NCBI GenBank assembly: GCA_050294405.1
Contig: JBNKOC010000011.1
Location: 1 to 64,000, forward strand
Length of the DNA: 64,000 bases
Direction of reading: 5' to 3'
Source of the DNA: Fibrobacteria bacterium
Lineage (GTDB): Bacteria > Fibrobacterota > Fibrobacteria > UBA11236 > JADFYW01
The notes beneath the pieces are model-generated. The model saw only the letters and a program-made list of their open reading frames with translations, was not told the DNA's origin and searched no databases. Below, piece by piece: positions 37,404-46,328 of the stretch (its first letter is position 1; every line of letters starts with the position of its first letter). Both the position numbers and the translations under genes were made by a program.

Positions 37404-39002
37404 TTGGGCTTGATTTTTAAAATATCCATTTTTTTAAGCTATTTACTCTCAATTTCAACTTTTGCCACTAATTATAATGTGGGTCCTCAGGCTGATTTTG
37501 CTTCCATCCAAGCTGTTGTCGACCTTCTAAACCCTGGAGATACTGTTTTCGTGGCCGGTAATAATAGCTATCCTGCAGACATATATATAGATCGAAGCGG
37601 AAGCGAAAATAATTGGATAGTCATAAAAGGAATTATTCCTGACGGGGGCGCCAGGCCTGTTATAACTGGCGAGGGAAATTATGGCATTAACATTTCAGCA
37701 GATTTTGTTGTTGTTGAGGGTTTTCAGGTTTCGGATATGCCTAAAGGAATAGGCGTATTTGGGAATAATATTTTAGTAAGAGGAAGTATTATTAATGGTT
37801 GCAATCACGGACTTATTGGTTACGGGACAGGAACGGGTAATGTTACGGTGGAGTATTGTGAGTTTTATGGAAATGGAGTGCCTACGGGTGGAGCTACGCA
37901 ACATCAGATTTATATGGCCACAGATGAGGAATCTTATCCGGGAGCTATTTTTAGATTGCAGTTTAGTTATCTGCACGATGCGGTTGAAGGGGATAATGTT
38001 AAGTCCAGATCCGAGAGAAATGAAATTTATTACAATTGGATTGAAAATGCCGGTTCAAGTGGACACGGGCTGGGTTTGTTTGCTCCTGACCCTGAAGATA
38101 ACGCCAACGTGGAGATTAACACAGCGAGAGAAGATGCTGATGTTGTGGGAAATGTTATTATTCAGGCTCGAAATTCCTGCGCCAGAATAGGTGGGGATGC
38201 TCCTGGTTATCCAACCGATGGGCGGTATCGTTTTGTAAACAATACATTTGTTTTAACGGGAAACAGGGGAGATGTGATCCGTACCTTTAACCGCTTGGAA
38301 ACATTGGAAATGTATAATAACATAATGTATGCGCTTCCGGAAGCTGGAGACTTTCGTGTGTTAAATGATGCAGACGGTGATTGGGTTCATAGCCCTCGAA
38401 GTGTTTTGGGTAGCCACAACTGGATTAAAAATGGGTTTACCAATATCCCATCAGATACAGAATTTTTAAATTCTCTACAAAGCGCAAATTCTCCATTTGC
38501 AAATGCCCAGTCCTTTGATTTTTATCCAGCCGTGGGTAATGAAATTGTTAATGCAGGCGCAGCCCAAACTCCTGGCTTTAGTGAATACCCTTTGGAAAAT
38601 GTACTGTTTCCGCCTGTGTATCATCCTCCAGAGAGAGGCCTTCCAGAGCTTGGCTCAGCCCAATTGCGAATAGCTAAAGCTACTTTAGACCTTGGAGCTT
38701 TTGAAGCTAAAGAAGGAATGGGAGTGAAGACCAGAAAAAATGCCAAAAAGATTGTTCCCAAAATTGTTTCAGAGGAAGATAAAATTCAGTTGCTGTATTA
38801 TGTTAGGCAGCCAGAAAAAATTGAAATTTCAATAATTTCTTTAAATGGAGAGCTTAATAGAAAATTTGAAATTTTAACACAAAAAACAGGAATTAATCAA
38901 TTCCAGATTCCCAAGAAGGGGTTGGGTACAGGGGTATATATGTTACAGATAGCTGCAAATGATGGTGTTCAGTTTGCCAAAGTTATACTAATTCAAAAAT
39001 AA
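37404..39002 (+). CDS. Secreted right-handed beta-helix protein with C-terminal sorting tail
   Basis: Signal peptide; SIQAVVDLLNPGDTVFV start; parallel beta-helix repeats; DLGAFE; ISLNGE...TGVYML tail. Confidence 0.78.
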   Translation: MGLIFKISIFLSYLLSISTFATNYNVGPQADFASIQAVVDLLNPGDTVFVAGNNSYPADIYIDRSGSENNWIVIKGIIPDGGARPVITGEGNYGINISADFVVVEGFQVSDMPKGIGVFGNNILVRGSIINGCNHGLIGYGTGTGNVTVEYCEFYGNGVPTGGATQHQIYMATDEESYPGAIFRLQFSYLHDAVEGDNVKSRSERNEIYYNWIENAGSSGHGLGLFAPDPEDNANVEINTAREDADVVGNVIIQARNSCARIGGDAPGYPTDGRYRFVNNTFVLTGNRGDVIRTFNRLETLEMYNNIMYALPEAGDFRVLNDADGDWVHSPRSVLGSHNWIKNGFTNIPSDTEFLNSLQSANSPFANAQSFDFYPAVGNEIVNAGAAQTPGFSEYPLENVLFPPVYHPPERGLPELGSAQLRIAKATLDLGAFEAKEGMGVKTRKNAKKIVPKIVSEEDKIQLLYYVRQPEKIEISIISLNGELNRKFEILTQKTGINQFQIPKKGLGTGVYMLQIAANDGVQFAKVILIQK

Positions 39003-40166
39003 CTTAAAAACATTGCTCAAACCATCGGCATTAATTTCTAAAAAATAGATTCCAGGCTTTATTTCTGGTGCAAGGTAAATTTCCCCATTGGTCTTGTTAT
39101 ACGTTGATATAATTTCCCCGTTTAAATTATGTAGTCGAGTCTTAATAGATTTTGGTTTAGGAGCAGATATTAAGATTTTCCTTCCAGACTGATGGAGTTT
39201 TATTTTTGCAAGGTTATCTTGTGAAGGTGAAGCGCTATTAAGTATCCAGCAACTTCCATCATCGATTCTGGCATCGGGATCGTAATGCTCTGAATTTGGA
39301 TCGGTACATCCATTTTGATAGTCTCCGGCAACATAACGAAGGTTTTCCCAGTAAAGTTTCATAATCAGGCTGTCATTGTATTCAAAAAATCTCCCGTAGC
39401 CATGACCAATATCATTAAATAGTACGCGACCTTTTCCTGAAATATCCACATCTTGCCTGGCCCAAATGTAGGTGTGGTCACCACCATCATCCATTACAGG
39501 TAAAACATCGGGAGCCCCTTCAGCTGTGGCAATAACAGTAACACCATCTAAATTTCGGACAGACTTGGAAAAAGATTCCCAAGTATCTCGAAAAGAAAAT
39601 TTTTCGGGCATATTTTCAGTCATCCATTTTAGTTCGTGATGATTGGTTGCTTCTTCATCTCTATTAATTGAGGCAGTCCCGATTCCATGCCTGGATGTCC
39701 GTGTCCCTAATATTTCTAAAAATTCAGGCCAAGGATATTCTTCACTATCTGCCGTTCCATGAATAATAAGCCACCCACCACCTTGTTTGAGGTAATTTAA
39801 GGCGGCCTCTTGGAAATTACTATCAATAAGCGCTCTGCCGACTTGGGTGTTATTATTCCAAATAATTGCCTCAAATTGCTCAAGGTTTTTTAGTCTAAAT
39901 ATTTTTTTGATTTCTAAAGAATCTGTTGTTTCAGTGATTTCCTCTATTTCAAATCCTTTTTGGGCTGATAAAATTTTAAATGCTTCGGTTACATACTTTA
40001 GCCCATCTACATGTGCCCAACCACCTGAAACACTGTATATCAAAACCTTCTTTACTTTAGTTTCAGATTCCGGGGGCTTTTCTTGAGCAAAAACATTTAC
40101 AAACAAAGAACTAATGCAGCAGATATAGATACATTTTAAGAAAGCACTTTCTACCTTAGATTTCAT
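38988..40166 (-). CDS. Secreted ThuA-like domain protein with C-terminal sorting tail
   Basis: KVLIYS..GWAH, GGGWLIIHG, GRVLFNDIGH ThuA motifs; GCTD...DDGSC linker; HNLNGE...PGIYFL tail. Confidence 0.82.
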   Translation of the reverse strand: MKSKVESAFLKCIYICCISSLFVNVFAQEKPPESETKVKKVLIYSVSGGWAHVDGLKYVTEAFKILSAQKGFEIEEITETTDSLEIKKIFRLKNLEQFEAIIWNNNTQVGRALIDSNFQEAALNYLKQGGGWLIIHGTADSEEYPWPEFLEILGTRTSRHGIGTASINRDEEATNHHELKWMTENMPEKFSFRDTWESFSKSVRNLDGVTVIATAEGAPDVLPVMDDGGDHTYIWARQDVDISGKGRVLFNDIGHGYGRFFEYNDSLIMKLYWENLRYVAGDYQNGCTDPNSEHYDPDARIDDGSCWILNSASPSQDNLAKIKLHQSGRKILISAPKPKSIKTRLHNLNGEIISTYNKTNGEIYLAPEIKPGIYFLEINADGLSNVFKLFLN

Positions 40167-40370
40167 AAAATTTTCCCACTGAACTTTTAGAATGCCAAGT
40201 CATTAGCAAAGATAATATGAAATCTGAAATTCAGGTTGTTTTATTTCTAAATTTCACGATTATCTACCAATAATTTGCTTAAAAAGTTGGTTGCACAACT
40301 CCTCCGCCAATCCGTCCAACTTTGGTAAGGAATTTATTTCCTTTTTTAATACTAGAGATGGAGGAAAATT

Positions 40371-41615
40371 ATGTATAAAAAAATATCTGCCTTTGCAGGT
40401 GGAACATTGCTTACGTTTACCGGATGTTTGTTCACAGAACAATCTACTTCGCCAGGCCCGGAAAATTTCGAACCCGTTCAATACGGAGAATTTACCAAGT
40501 GCGGTGAATTTGAATTGATTCAGGATGGGAAAAAAACTACTCAAAATGAAATGTATCGTTTTTCTGTCATGAATCAGGAAATTGATGAAGAGCCGGATTG
40601 GGCCGAATATTGGGCAGCTCCAAAGGTTGCCGATTGCCAATCAGCCCGACAATACACTCAAAAAAGAAACGAATATTTTGGGATAGATTCAAAAACCTAC
40701 GACGTGGTTTCCAGTGAAAATGGAGCGCTATTAAAACCAGCTACTCAGGTAGCAATATATGGGGGCAGTGCCTCAAAAGTTACCGCTGTAGGACAAATAA
40801 CAACAAATGATCATATTGCTACTGCCACATTTATAGAGAAAAGAGCTTTTTTAACAACTGCAGCTACTATTGTGAATAGCAGTAACCCCTGGGTTCAACC
40901 AAATCCGCAATCTGGAGTACTGGATAAGTTAACTATTTACGATAACGGCAAGAATAATGATTGGTATGGAGTAAAATATAAGGCTTGGGTTCACCATCAT
41001 TATGCTGGCTTTGGGGACTGGTCAGATGACATTGCAATAGTCAAAGTTGATAAATACACTGGGTATAATCTGGATAAGGATATTGTCGGGTTTAATCAAA
41101 TCCAAAATAGTTATTCAGATAATGAAGTGATGGCTATTATCACAACAGATTGGTCCGATAACGATATAAAGAAAGTTTTCGATCGGTGGAATTTTAATGT
41201 GCAAATAAGGGGTTGGGGGGCTACCTGTAATACCTGTGGAGCTTCTGATAAACTCAAATATTTTGATACATACATACATAGTACAGAAACAGGTACTTTT
41301 AAAACGGTTCATGGAGATTTACATACAAAAGCAACCCCTGTAGGATCGAAATTTGTGGATTCCAAAACATGCAAGGGAGATAGCGGTGGCCCAGTATCTT
41401 TAAAAAAAGAGAGTTTTGGCTTGGATGAATTGGTGGCAGTGGGTATGACTGTTGGACACCAGGGTGAGAATAGATGTCAGCCAGATAGAGGGTATACCTG
41501 GCACACTAGTTTGTATAAAAAAGCAAGCTGGATAAAAGATATTATGGATAATAACATTACGGATGACTGCTATTACGAGTCATCTAAAGGTCTTCGCTTT
41601 TTAAAATGTAAATAG
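40371..41615 (+). CDS. Trypsin-like (S1) serine-protease-fold lipoprotein, catalytic His apparently absent
   Basis: Lipobox FTGC; DDIAIVKV, GWG and TCKGDSGGP motifs; FLTTAATIV in place of LTAAHC. Confidence 0.78.
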   Translation: MYKKISAFAGGTLLTFTGCLFTEQSTSPGPENFEPVQYGEFTKCGEFELIQDGKKTTQNEMYRFSVMNQEIDEEPDWAEYWAAPKVADCQSARQYTQKRNEYFGIDSKTYDVVSSENGALLKPATQVAIYGGSASKVTAVGQITTNDHIATATFIEKRAFLTTAATIVNSSNPWVQPNPQSGVLDKLTIYDNGKNNDWYGVKYKAWVHHHYAGFGDWSDDIAIVKVDKYTGYNLDKDIVGFNQIQNSYSDNEVMAIITTDWSDNDIKKVFDRWNFNVQIRGWGATCNTCGASDKLKYFDTYIHSTETGTFKTVHGDLHTKATPVGSKFVDSKTCKGDSGGPVSLKKESFGLDELVAVGMTVGHQGENRCQPDRGYTWHTSLYKKASWIKDIMDNNITDDCYYESSKGLRFLKCK

Positions 41616-41652
41616 GGCTACATTGTAGAGCGAAGAAGGCTTCATAGCCTGG

Positions 41653-41676
41653 GGGAGGGTAAAACCTCCCTTTTTT
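41653..41676 (+). terminator. Intrinsic terminator
   Basis: GGGAGG-gtaaaa-CCTCCC followed by TTTTTT, between convergent genes. Confidence 0.7.
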
Positions 41677-41700
41677 ATTTTATGAAAACCGTCTGCTTTA

Positions 41701-42351
41701 TTACCGCATCTGACGCATGACCCCAATGACCCTTCCGGCAATGCGAAAGTCTGGGGTGCGCTCATCCACAATAATGGCACGAAAGGCCTCGTTAGCAGGT
41801 TCGAGGCGAACCCGGGTTCCATCGGGATGGTAATATTTAACGGTGGCCTCGTCTCCAATAATGGCCACCACAATTTGACCTTTATCGGCAGTGGCTTGCT
41901 GGCGGGCAAAAACCAAGTCTCCATCGAAAATACCCGCATTTTTCATGCTTTCGCCGCGGACCCTAAGTGCCATTACGTTTTTTTGACGCATAAGGAAATC
42001 TCTGTCTACAAAAACAGTGCCTTCGAGATTTTCCACAGCTAAAATAGGGGAGCCAGCGGCAATACGGCCCACAATGGGCACTTCAATTAAATTATCCGGT
42101 TGAGAAGCGGAAGCGTGGGGAACAGGGGGCTTTTCCACCAAATCAATGCCTCTGGATACTTTTGGAGTACGCTGAATGTAATTTTTTTTGATTAACGCAG
42201 ATAAAATGCTGCGAACCCCATTGGTGGAGCTAATGTTGAAAGTTTCGCCAATTTCGCGAACTGTGGGAGGCCGGCCTTGTTTTTCCAGTGATTCTTTAAT
42301 GAATTCGTAAACTTCGGCCTGTCGGTCTGTTAAAGTGGTAACGGGTGACAT
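41701..42351 (-). CDS. lexA: SOS repressor LexA
   Basis: LTDRQ...PPTVREIG wHTH; VGRIAAG cleavage site; GESM catalytic Ser; EATVK catalytic Lys. Confidence 0.96.
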   Translation of the reverse strand: MSPVTTLTDRQAEVYEFIKESLEKQGRPPTVREIGETFNISSTNGVRSILSALIKKNYIQRTPKVSRGIDLVEKPPVPHASASQPDNLIEVPIVGRIAAGSPILAVENLEGTVFVDRDFLMRQKNVMALRVRGESMKNAGIFDGDLVFARQQATADKGQIVVAIIGDEATVKYYHPDGTRVRLEPANEAFRAIIVDERTPDFRIAGRVIGVMRQMR

Positions 42352-42380
42352 AAGTGCCTCACTAATAAAAAGATAGCTTA

Positions 42381-42419
42381 AATATACTGCTCATTAGTTC
42401 AGTTGTCAAGATGTGCAGT
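42381..42419 (-). promoter_or_regulatory. lexA sigma70 promoter with overlapping LexA box(es)
   Basis: Minus-strand TTGACA (42409-42404), 17-bp spacer, TATATT (42386-42381). The spacer holds the imperfect palindrome ACTGCTC-ATTA-GTTCAGT; a second GTGCAG half-site lies at 42413-42418. Confidence 0.75.
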
Positions 42420-42448
42420 ACTTTTTAATTGCTTGATGCCAAATCTTT

Positions 42449-42643
42449 TTGTATCTTGATAGTATGACGATCATTAATTTAATGACCGGTTTGGTGGTTT
42501 TGTTGTTTTTCGCACTATCTATGGCCATAATCAGTCGTCTCAATAGTCTTTCTCTCCAAAGAGAGAGAATACATGATAAACTCAGAAAAGCAATGGAAGA
42601 AGAAAATAAGCTCGAGGAGCCAGCGGCAGAATCGGCCGCCTAA
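42449..42643 (+). CDS. Small single-TM hypothetical protein
   Basis: Hydrophobic N-terminal helix followed by a charged helix. Confidence 0.55.
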   Translation: MYLDSMTIINLMTGLVVLLFFALSMAIISRLNSLSLQRERIHDKLRKAMEEENKLEEPAAESAA

Positions 42644-42791
42644 AGTTTTTTATACGACATGATCTTAATACATTTCATATACATCTTAACTCAGCTCTTT
42701 AAACCGGCTTACTTCTCCACAATATCGGCAAAAAAATCAAAAAAATACAATATGCCGATACACGTATCACAATCAAATCATTGGAGAAACC

Positions 42792-43454
42792 ATGAACCAA
42801 GAAGCACTCTTATACATAGTGTTAGCCCTAAACGTACTTTACATTCCTGCTTTTATACTATTGTTCGCAAAATTGAAAGAAATCAAATATTTAGTCGACC
42901 AACCTGTAATCCAGCGTTTATCATCCAACAACAAATTCACCCCTTATAAATTCGACCGTTCCACCAGTTCCGACAACAAAGAGCCTAAAAAAGTAAAGAG
43001 CCAAAACGGCGGTCATAAAAAAGAAGCTAAAAGCAGCAATCGCGGCGGAAGAGAAAGGGTACGCAACCAACGCAATACCCGCACTCGCGGCGGAGCCAGG
43101 CAAAATCAAGGTCGCGGCACCGTTGTAGCCAATCAACCTGCCGATGACAATGCAAGCCCAACCAAAGCAGATTCTGGTCCGGCCCCTGAACGAAAAGAAC
43201 GAATTACCGTAGCCGAAGTTGCCAGCCCAAAGGCCCAACCTGAAGCAAAAATTGAAAATAAACCCGAAACCAATGGCCACAGCAATGGAGCTGCAAATCA
43301 CGGACGCCGTCAACTTCCCAAACAAAAAGTGGAAATTCCCGAATCCGTAGCACAGAACGAACCCGATACCACAAATATCGCCAGTGCTGATTCTCATGAA
43401 ATCACTCATGGCAGAAGGGTTAAAATGAAAAAAGCTCCTTCTTTCGATGAATAA
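42792..43454 (+). CDS. Membrane-anchored protein with long disordered R/N/P-rich tail
   Basis: GGAG SD; N-terminal TM helix; low-complexity tail; followed by a terminator. Confidence 0.7.
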   Translation: MNQEALLYIVLALNVLYIPAFILLFAKLKEIKYLVDQPVIQRLSSNNKFTPYKFDRSTSSDNKEPKKVKSQNGGHKKEAKSSNRGGRERVRNQRNTRTRGGARQNQGRGTVVANQPADDNASPTKADSGPAPERKERITVAEVASPKAQPEAKIENKPETNGHSNGAANHGRRQLPKQKVEIPESVAQNEPDTTNIASADSHEITHGRRVKMKKAPSFDE

Positions 43455-43476
43455 TTTTTTATAAGGGTTATCGTGT

Positions 43477-43504
43477 AAGGCCGGTTTTCACCGGCCTTTT
43501 TTTT
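43477..43504 (+). terminator. Intrinsic terminator
   Basis: AAGGCCGGT-tttc-ACCGGCCTT plus T run. Confidence 0.85.
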
Positions 43505-43529
43505 ATCTGTTCCTTGTGAAAATTTTGCC

Positions 43530-43639
43530 CTTAATTTTGGTGACAATATTTTGTTCAATTTTTTCCATTAGGCCTAAAAAAGTTTAAAAATTATCTAAAA
43601 ATCAAAAATAATCTTAATTTTGGTGACAAAAATGTCACC
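43530..43639. promoter_or_regulatory. Direct repeat plus palindrome upstream of the TIGR02147 gene (candidate operator)
   Basis: CTTAATTTTGGTGACAA at 43530 and 43613; the second copy extends into GGTGACA-AAAA-TGTCACC (43622-43639). Confidence 0.6.
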
Positions 43640-43733
43640 TATTTTTGTGGAAATATTGGAAAGTACCCGGTGTTTTTCCTCAGATGGTCTAAATTTAGAG
43701 GGGGAAGTTTGGTAAGAAAGAGGAGTTTCGGTT

Positions 43734-44582
43734 TTGGAAGAAAACCAGGTCCAACCAGTAAATCTGTTTGATTATTTTGATTATCAGGAATACCTGCGGG
43801 ATGTGTACGCTTTTCGGAAAAAGCAAGACTCCTATTTTACCTATCGCTTCATAGCTTCAAAACTAAATATCGACCACGCCTATGTGGTAAAAGTCCTTCA
43901 GGGACAAAGGCATGTGTCTTTGAAAACAGCAGCAAGCTTTTCCAAGCTGCTAAAACATAACAAGCGGCAGCAGGAGTATTTTGAATTGCTGGTGCTGTTT
44001 TCCAAAGCCAAAGCAAACAGTGAGATAAAACATTATTTTGAAAAATTATTAACATACATCGAAGTGAGTCCCCTTAAAATTGAAGGGCACAAATTCGAGT
44101 TTTACCAAAAGTGGTATTACACCGCCATTCGTGAGTTAATTGGCATATCTGGCTTTGATGGAAATTATCAAAAGCTGGCTTCGCAAACGGTTCCGGCCAT
44201 AAGCATCTCTCAGGCCAAAAAATCCATTCAACTCTTGCTTAAGTTAAAACTCATTACAAAAAATTCCGATGGAAGTTATAGCCTCAGTAGCCGTTTTATC
44301 ACTCCTAGTGAAAAAGTCCAGCCCTTGGCTATTCGGGAGTTTCAAAAAGAAACCATCAAATTGGCCGCCGAAGCTTTGGATAATATCCCCAAAGAAGAAC
44401 GGGATATTTCCACTTTGACTCTGAGTTTGTCTGCGCAGGGTCTGGAAAAAATGAAGGCGAGTCTTACTAACTTCAGGCAGGAACTGATGCGTATCGCCAA
44501 TCAGGATGAAAATGTAAACAGAGCCTATCAGATAAACCTGCAACTTTTTCCCATTACCGGGCCCGGAGATAACAAAAAATGA
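43734..44582 (+). CDS. TIGR02147-family (DUF4423) HTH-containing protein
   Basis: LFDYFDYQEYLRDVY, FYQKWYYTAIREL, ERDISTLT, YQINLQLFP family motifs. Confidence 0.9.
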   Translation: MEENQVQPVNLFDYFDYQEYLRDVYAFRKKQDSYFTYRFIASKLNIDHAYVVKVLQGQRHVSLKTAASFSKLLKHNKRQQEYFELLVLFSKAKANSEIKHYFEKLLTYIEVSPLKIEGHKFEFYQKWYYTAIRELIGISGFDGNYQKLASQTVPAISISQAKKSIQLLLKLKLITKNSDGSYSLSSRFITPSEKVQPLAIREFQKETIKLAAEALDNIPKEERDISTLTLSLSAQGLEKMKASLTNFRQELMRIANQDENVNRAYQINLQLFPITGPGDNKK

Positions 44583-46327
44583 TACGGGCTATTGCTATAA
44601 TTTTACGTCTACTATCCATAACATTACTTTTAATGTTGTTATCCTGTTCTTTAAATTCTGACGAAATTGCTGGTAAGGGAACGGGTTCAGAAACACCAAA
44701 TACATTAACGGGAATTGTTCAGGATTCATTGGGAAATCCCAGCGAGGGAGTGTTGGTGAAGCTAAATCCAAGCACTTTTAACCCGGTCCGGGAAGAATTG
44801 CCCGATTCCCTAAAAACTACAACAAACTCCAAAGGAATTTACTCTTTTAAAATATCAGGCCGCTCCAGTTATAACCTGGAGGCCATTAATTCTGTGGATA
44901 ACACGGTGGGCTTGCTTCGGGGGATTGAAACCCCAAAAAAAGGGGGCGACAGCTTGATGATAGATACCGCCCAACTGCATACCCCCGGAACTATTATCAT
45001 CCAGCTTAACAAAGGGGAAATGGAGGAGGGCGGCTATATATACATTCCCGGAACTGATCTATATGTTAAGATCGGTCAAAAGGATATGGATAGAGGCTTT
45101 GTGGAATTTTCAGGAGTGCCCAGCTCAAGGTACTCTGATATTAGTTATACCAATTCTGATTTTAATTTTGAATCTCAAATAGCTCCTTTGGGCCTGGATG
45201 TTCCATCCGGGGGAACAGTGGTAAAAGGCCCCTATTACGCCTGGAAAAACCGTGCAGAAATACGGATAAACACAACTGCTGACGGAGCAGCCGTTGCTGA
45301 AGATGCCGTTGATTTTCCTTTGTTATTGCGGTTGGATAATTCCTCCGGGCTATTTGCAGGAAGTTCATCCGATGGGAAAGACCTTCGTTTTACCAAATCC
45401 GATGGGCTGACAAATCTGCCCTATGAGCTGGAAAAATGGGATGTTATAAATAATGTAGGGGTGGTATGGGTAAGGATAGATACATTATACGGTAATTCCA
45501 TGGATCAATACATTATCGCTTACACGGGAGCCAGCGATGTTGTGAGTGAGTCCTCAGGTTCCGCTGTTTTCGATTCATCCCTGGGATACGCCGGCGTTTG
45601 GCATTTTGAGCCAGACGATTCAGGCGATATGACTCGAGTGCCTAATTCAGCCTACAATGCAAACCACGGTACTTTTGTGGATCCGGATCAAAACAGAACA
45701 AATGATTTGAATTCCGTTATATCCACTGGTGTTGATTTTAGCGGCCTCAATCAATTTGTTTCCACTTCCCGCTATTTTGATGCGCCCATGGTATTTGCTA
45801 TTTCCTGTTGGTTTAACAGTAATACCAGTTCCGGCGGCAAGTTGCTTGATTTTAACAACAATGCCCTGGGAAAGCCGGATAAAGACAGGCATGTATGGAT
45901 GGATGATACCGGAGTGCTGTATTTCGGCGTCTATCCTCCGGCTCCGGATGTTATTGCTCCGGAAGATTCCGGACTTGTTGCGGGAAGCGGAATATTCCGC
46001 ACCATAAAATCTCTTCTCAGCTATAACGACGGAAATTGGCACTATGCGATGGCGACCCTTTCCGCCAGCGGCATGAGGTTATTTGTAGATGGAAAAAAAG
46101 TGGCGGAGAATCCAGATGTTACAGAAGCCCAGCATTTTCAGGGAGTCTGGCAAATAGGTTATGGCTTAATGAGTACATGGAAACCCTTGCCCTCCAGCAA
46201 TTATTTTGGTGGGAGGCTGGATGAAGTTCGGGTGTTTTATGGAAATGTTTCTGAAGATAGAGTTAAGCTTGAGTTTGAAAATCAAAAAGCATCCTCTTCT
46301 ATGGTTGTTGTGAAAGGAAGTAATTAG
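44579..46327 (+). CDS. Lipoprotein with DUF2341 and LamG/concanavalin A-like domains
   Basis: Lipobox LLSC + GTGSETPN; DFPLLLRLD...GKDLRFT...LPYELEKW (DUF2341); YNDGNWH...FGGRLDEVR (LamG). ATGA overlap with the TIGR02147 gene. Confidence 0.85.
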   Translation: MIRAIAIILRLLSITLLLMLLSCSLNSDEIAGKGTGSETPNTLTGIVQDSLGNPSEGVLVKLNPSTFNPVREELPDSLKTTTNSKGIYSFKISGRSSYNLEAINSVDNTVGLLRGIETPKKGGDSLMIDTAQLHTPGTIIIQLNKGEMEEGGYIYIPGTDLYVKIGQKDMDRGFVEFSGVPSSRYSDISYTNSDFNFESQIAPLGLDVPSGGTVVKGPYYAWKNRAEIRINTTADGAAVAEDAVDFPLLLRLDNSSGLFAGSSSDGKDLRFTKSDGLTNLPYELEKWDVINNVGVVWVRIDTLYGNSMDQYIIAYTGASDVVSESSGSAVFDSSLGYAGVWHFEPDDSGDMTRVPNSAYNANHGTFVDPDQNRTNDLNSVISTGVDFSGLNQFVSTSRYFDAPMVFAISCWFNSNTSSGGKLLDFNNNALGKPDKDRHVWMDDTGVLYFGVYPPAPDVIAPEDSGLVAGSGIFRTIKSLLSYNDGNWHYAMATLSASGMRLFVDGKKVAENPDVTEAQHFQGVWQIGYGLMSTWKPLPSSNYFGGRLDEVRVFYGNVSEDRVKLEFENQKASSSMVVVKGSN

Positions 46328-46328
46328 T

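Noticed and set aside
42659..42949. 96-aa ORF overlapping 42792-43454
   Set aside because: No recognisable features, and it overlaps a better-supported gene that has an SD and TM helix.
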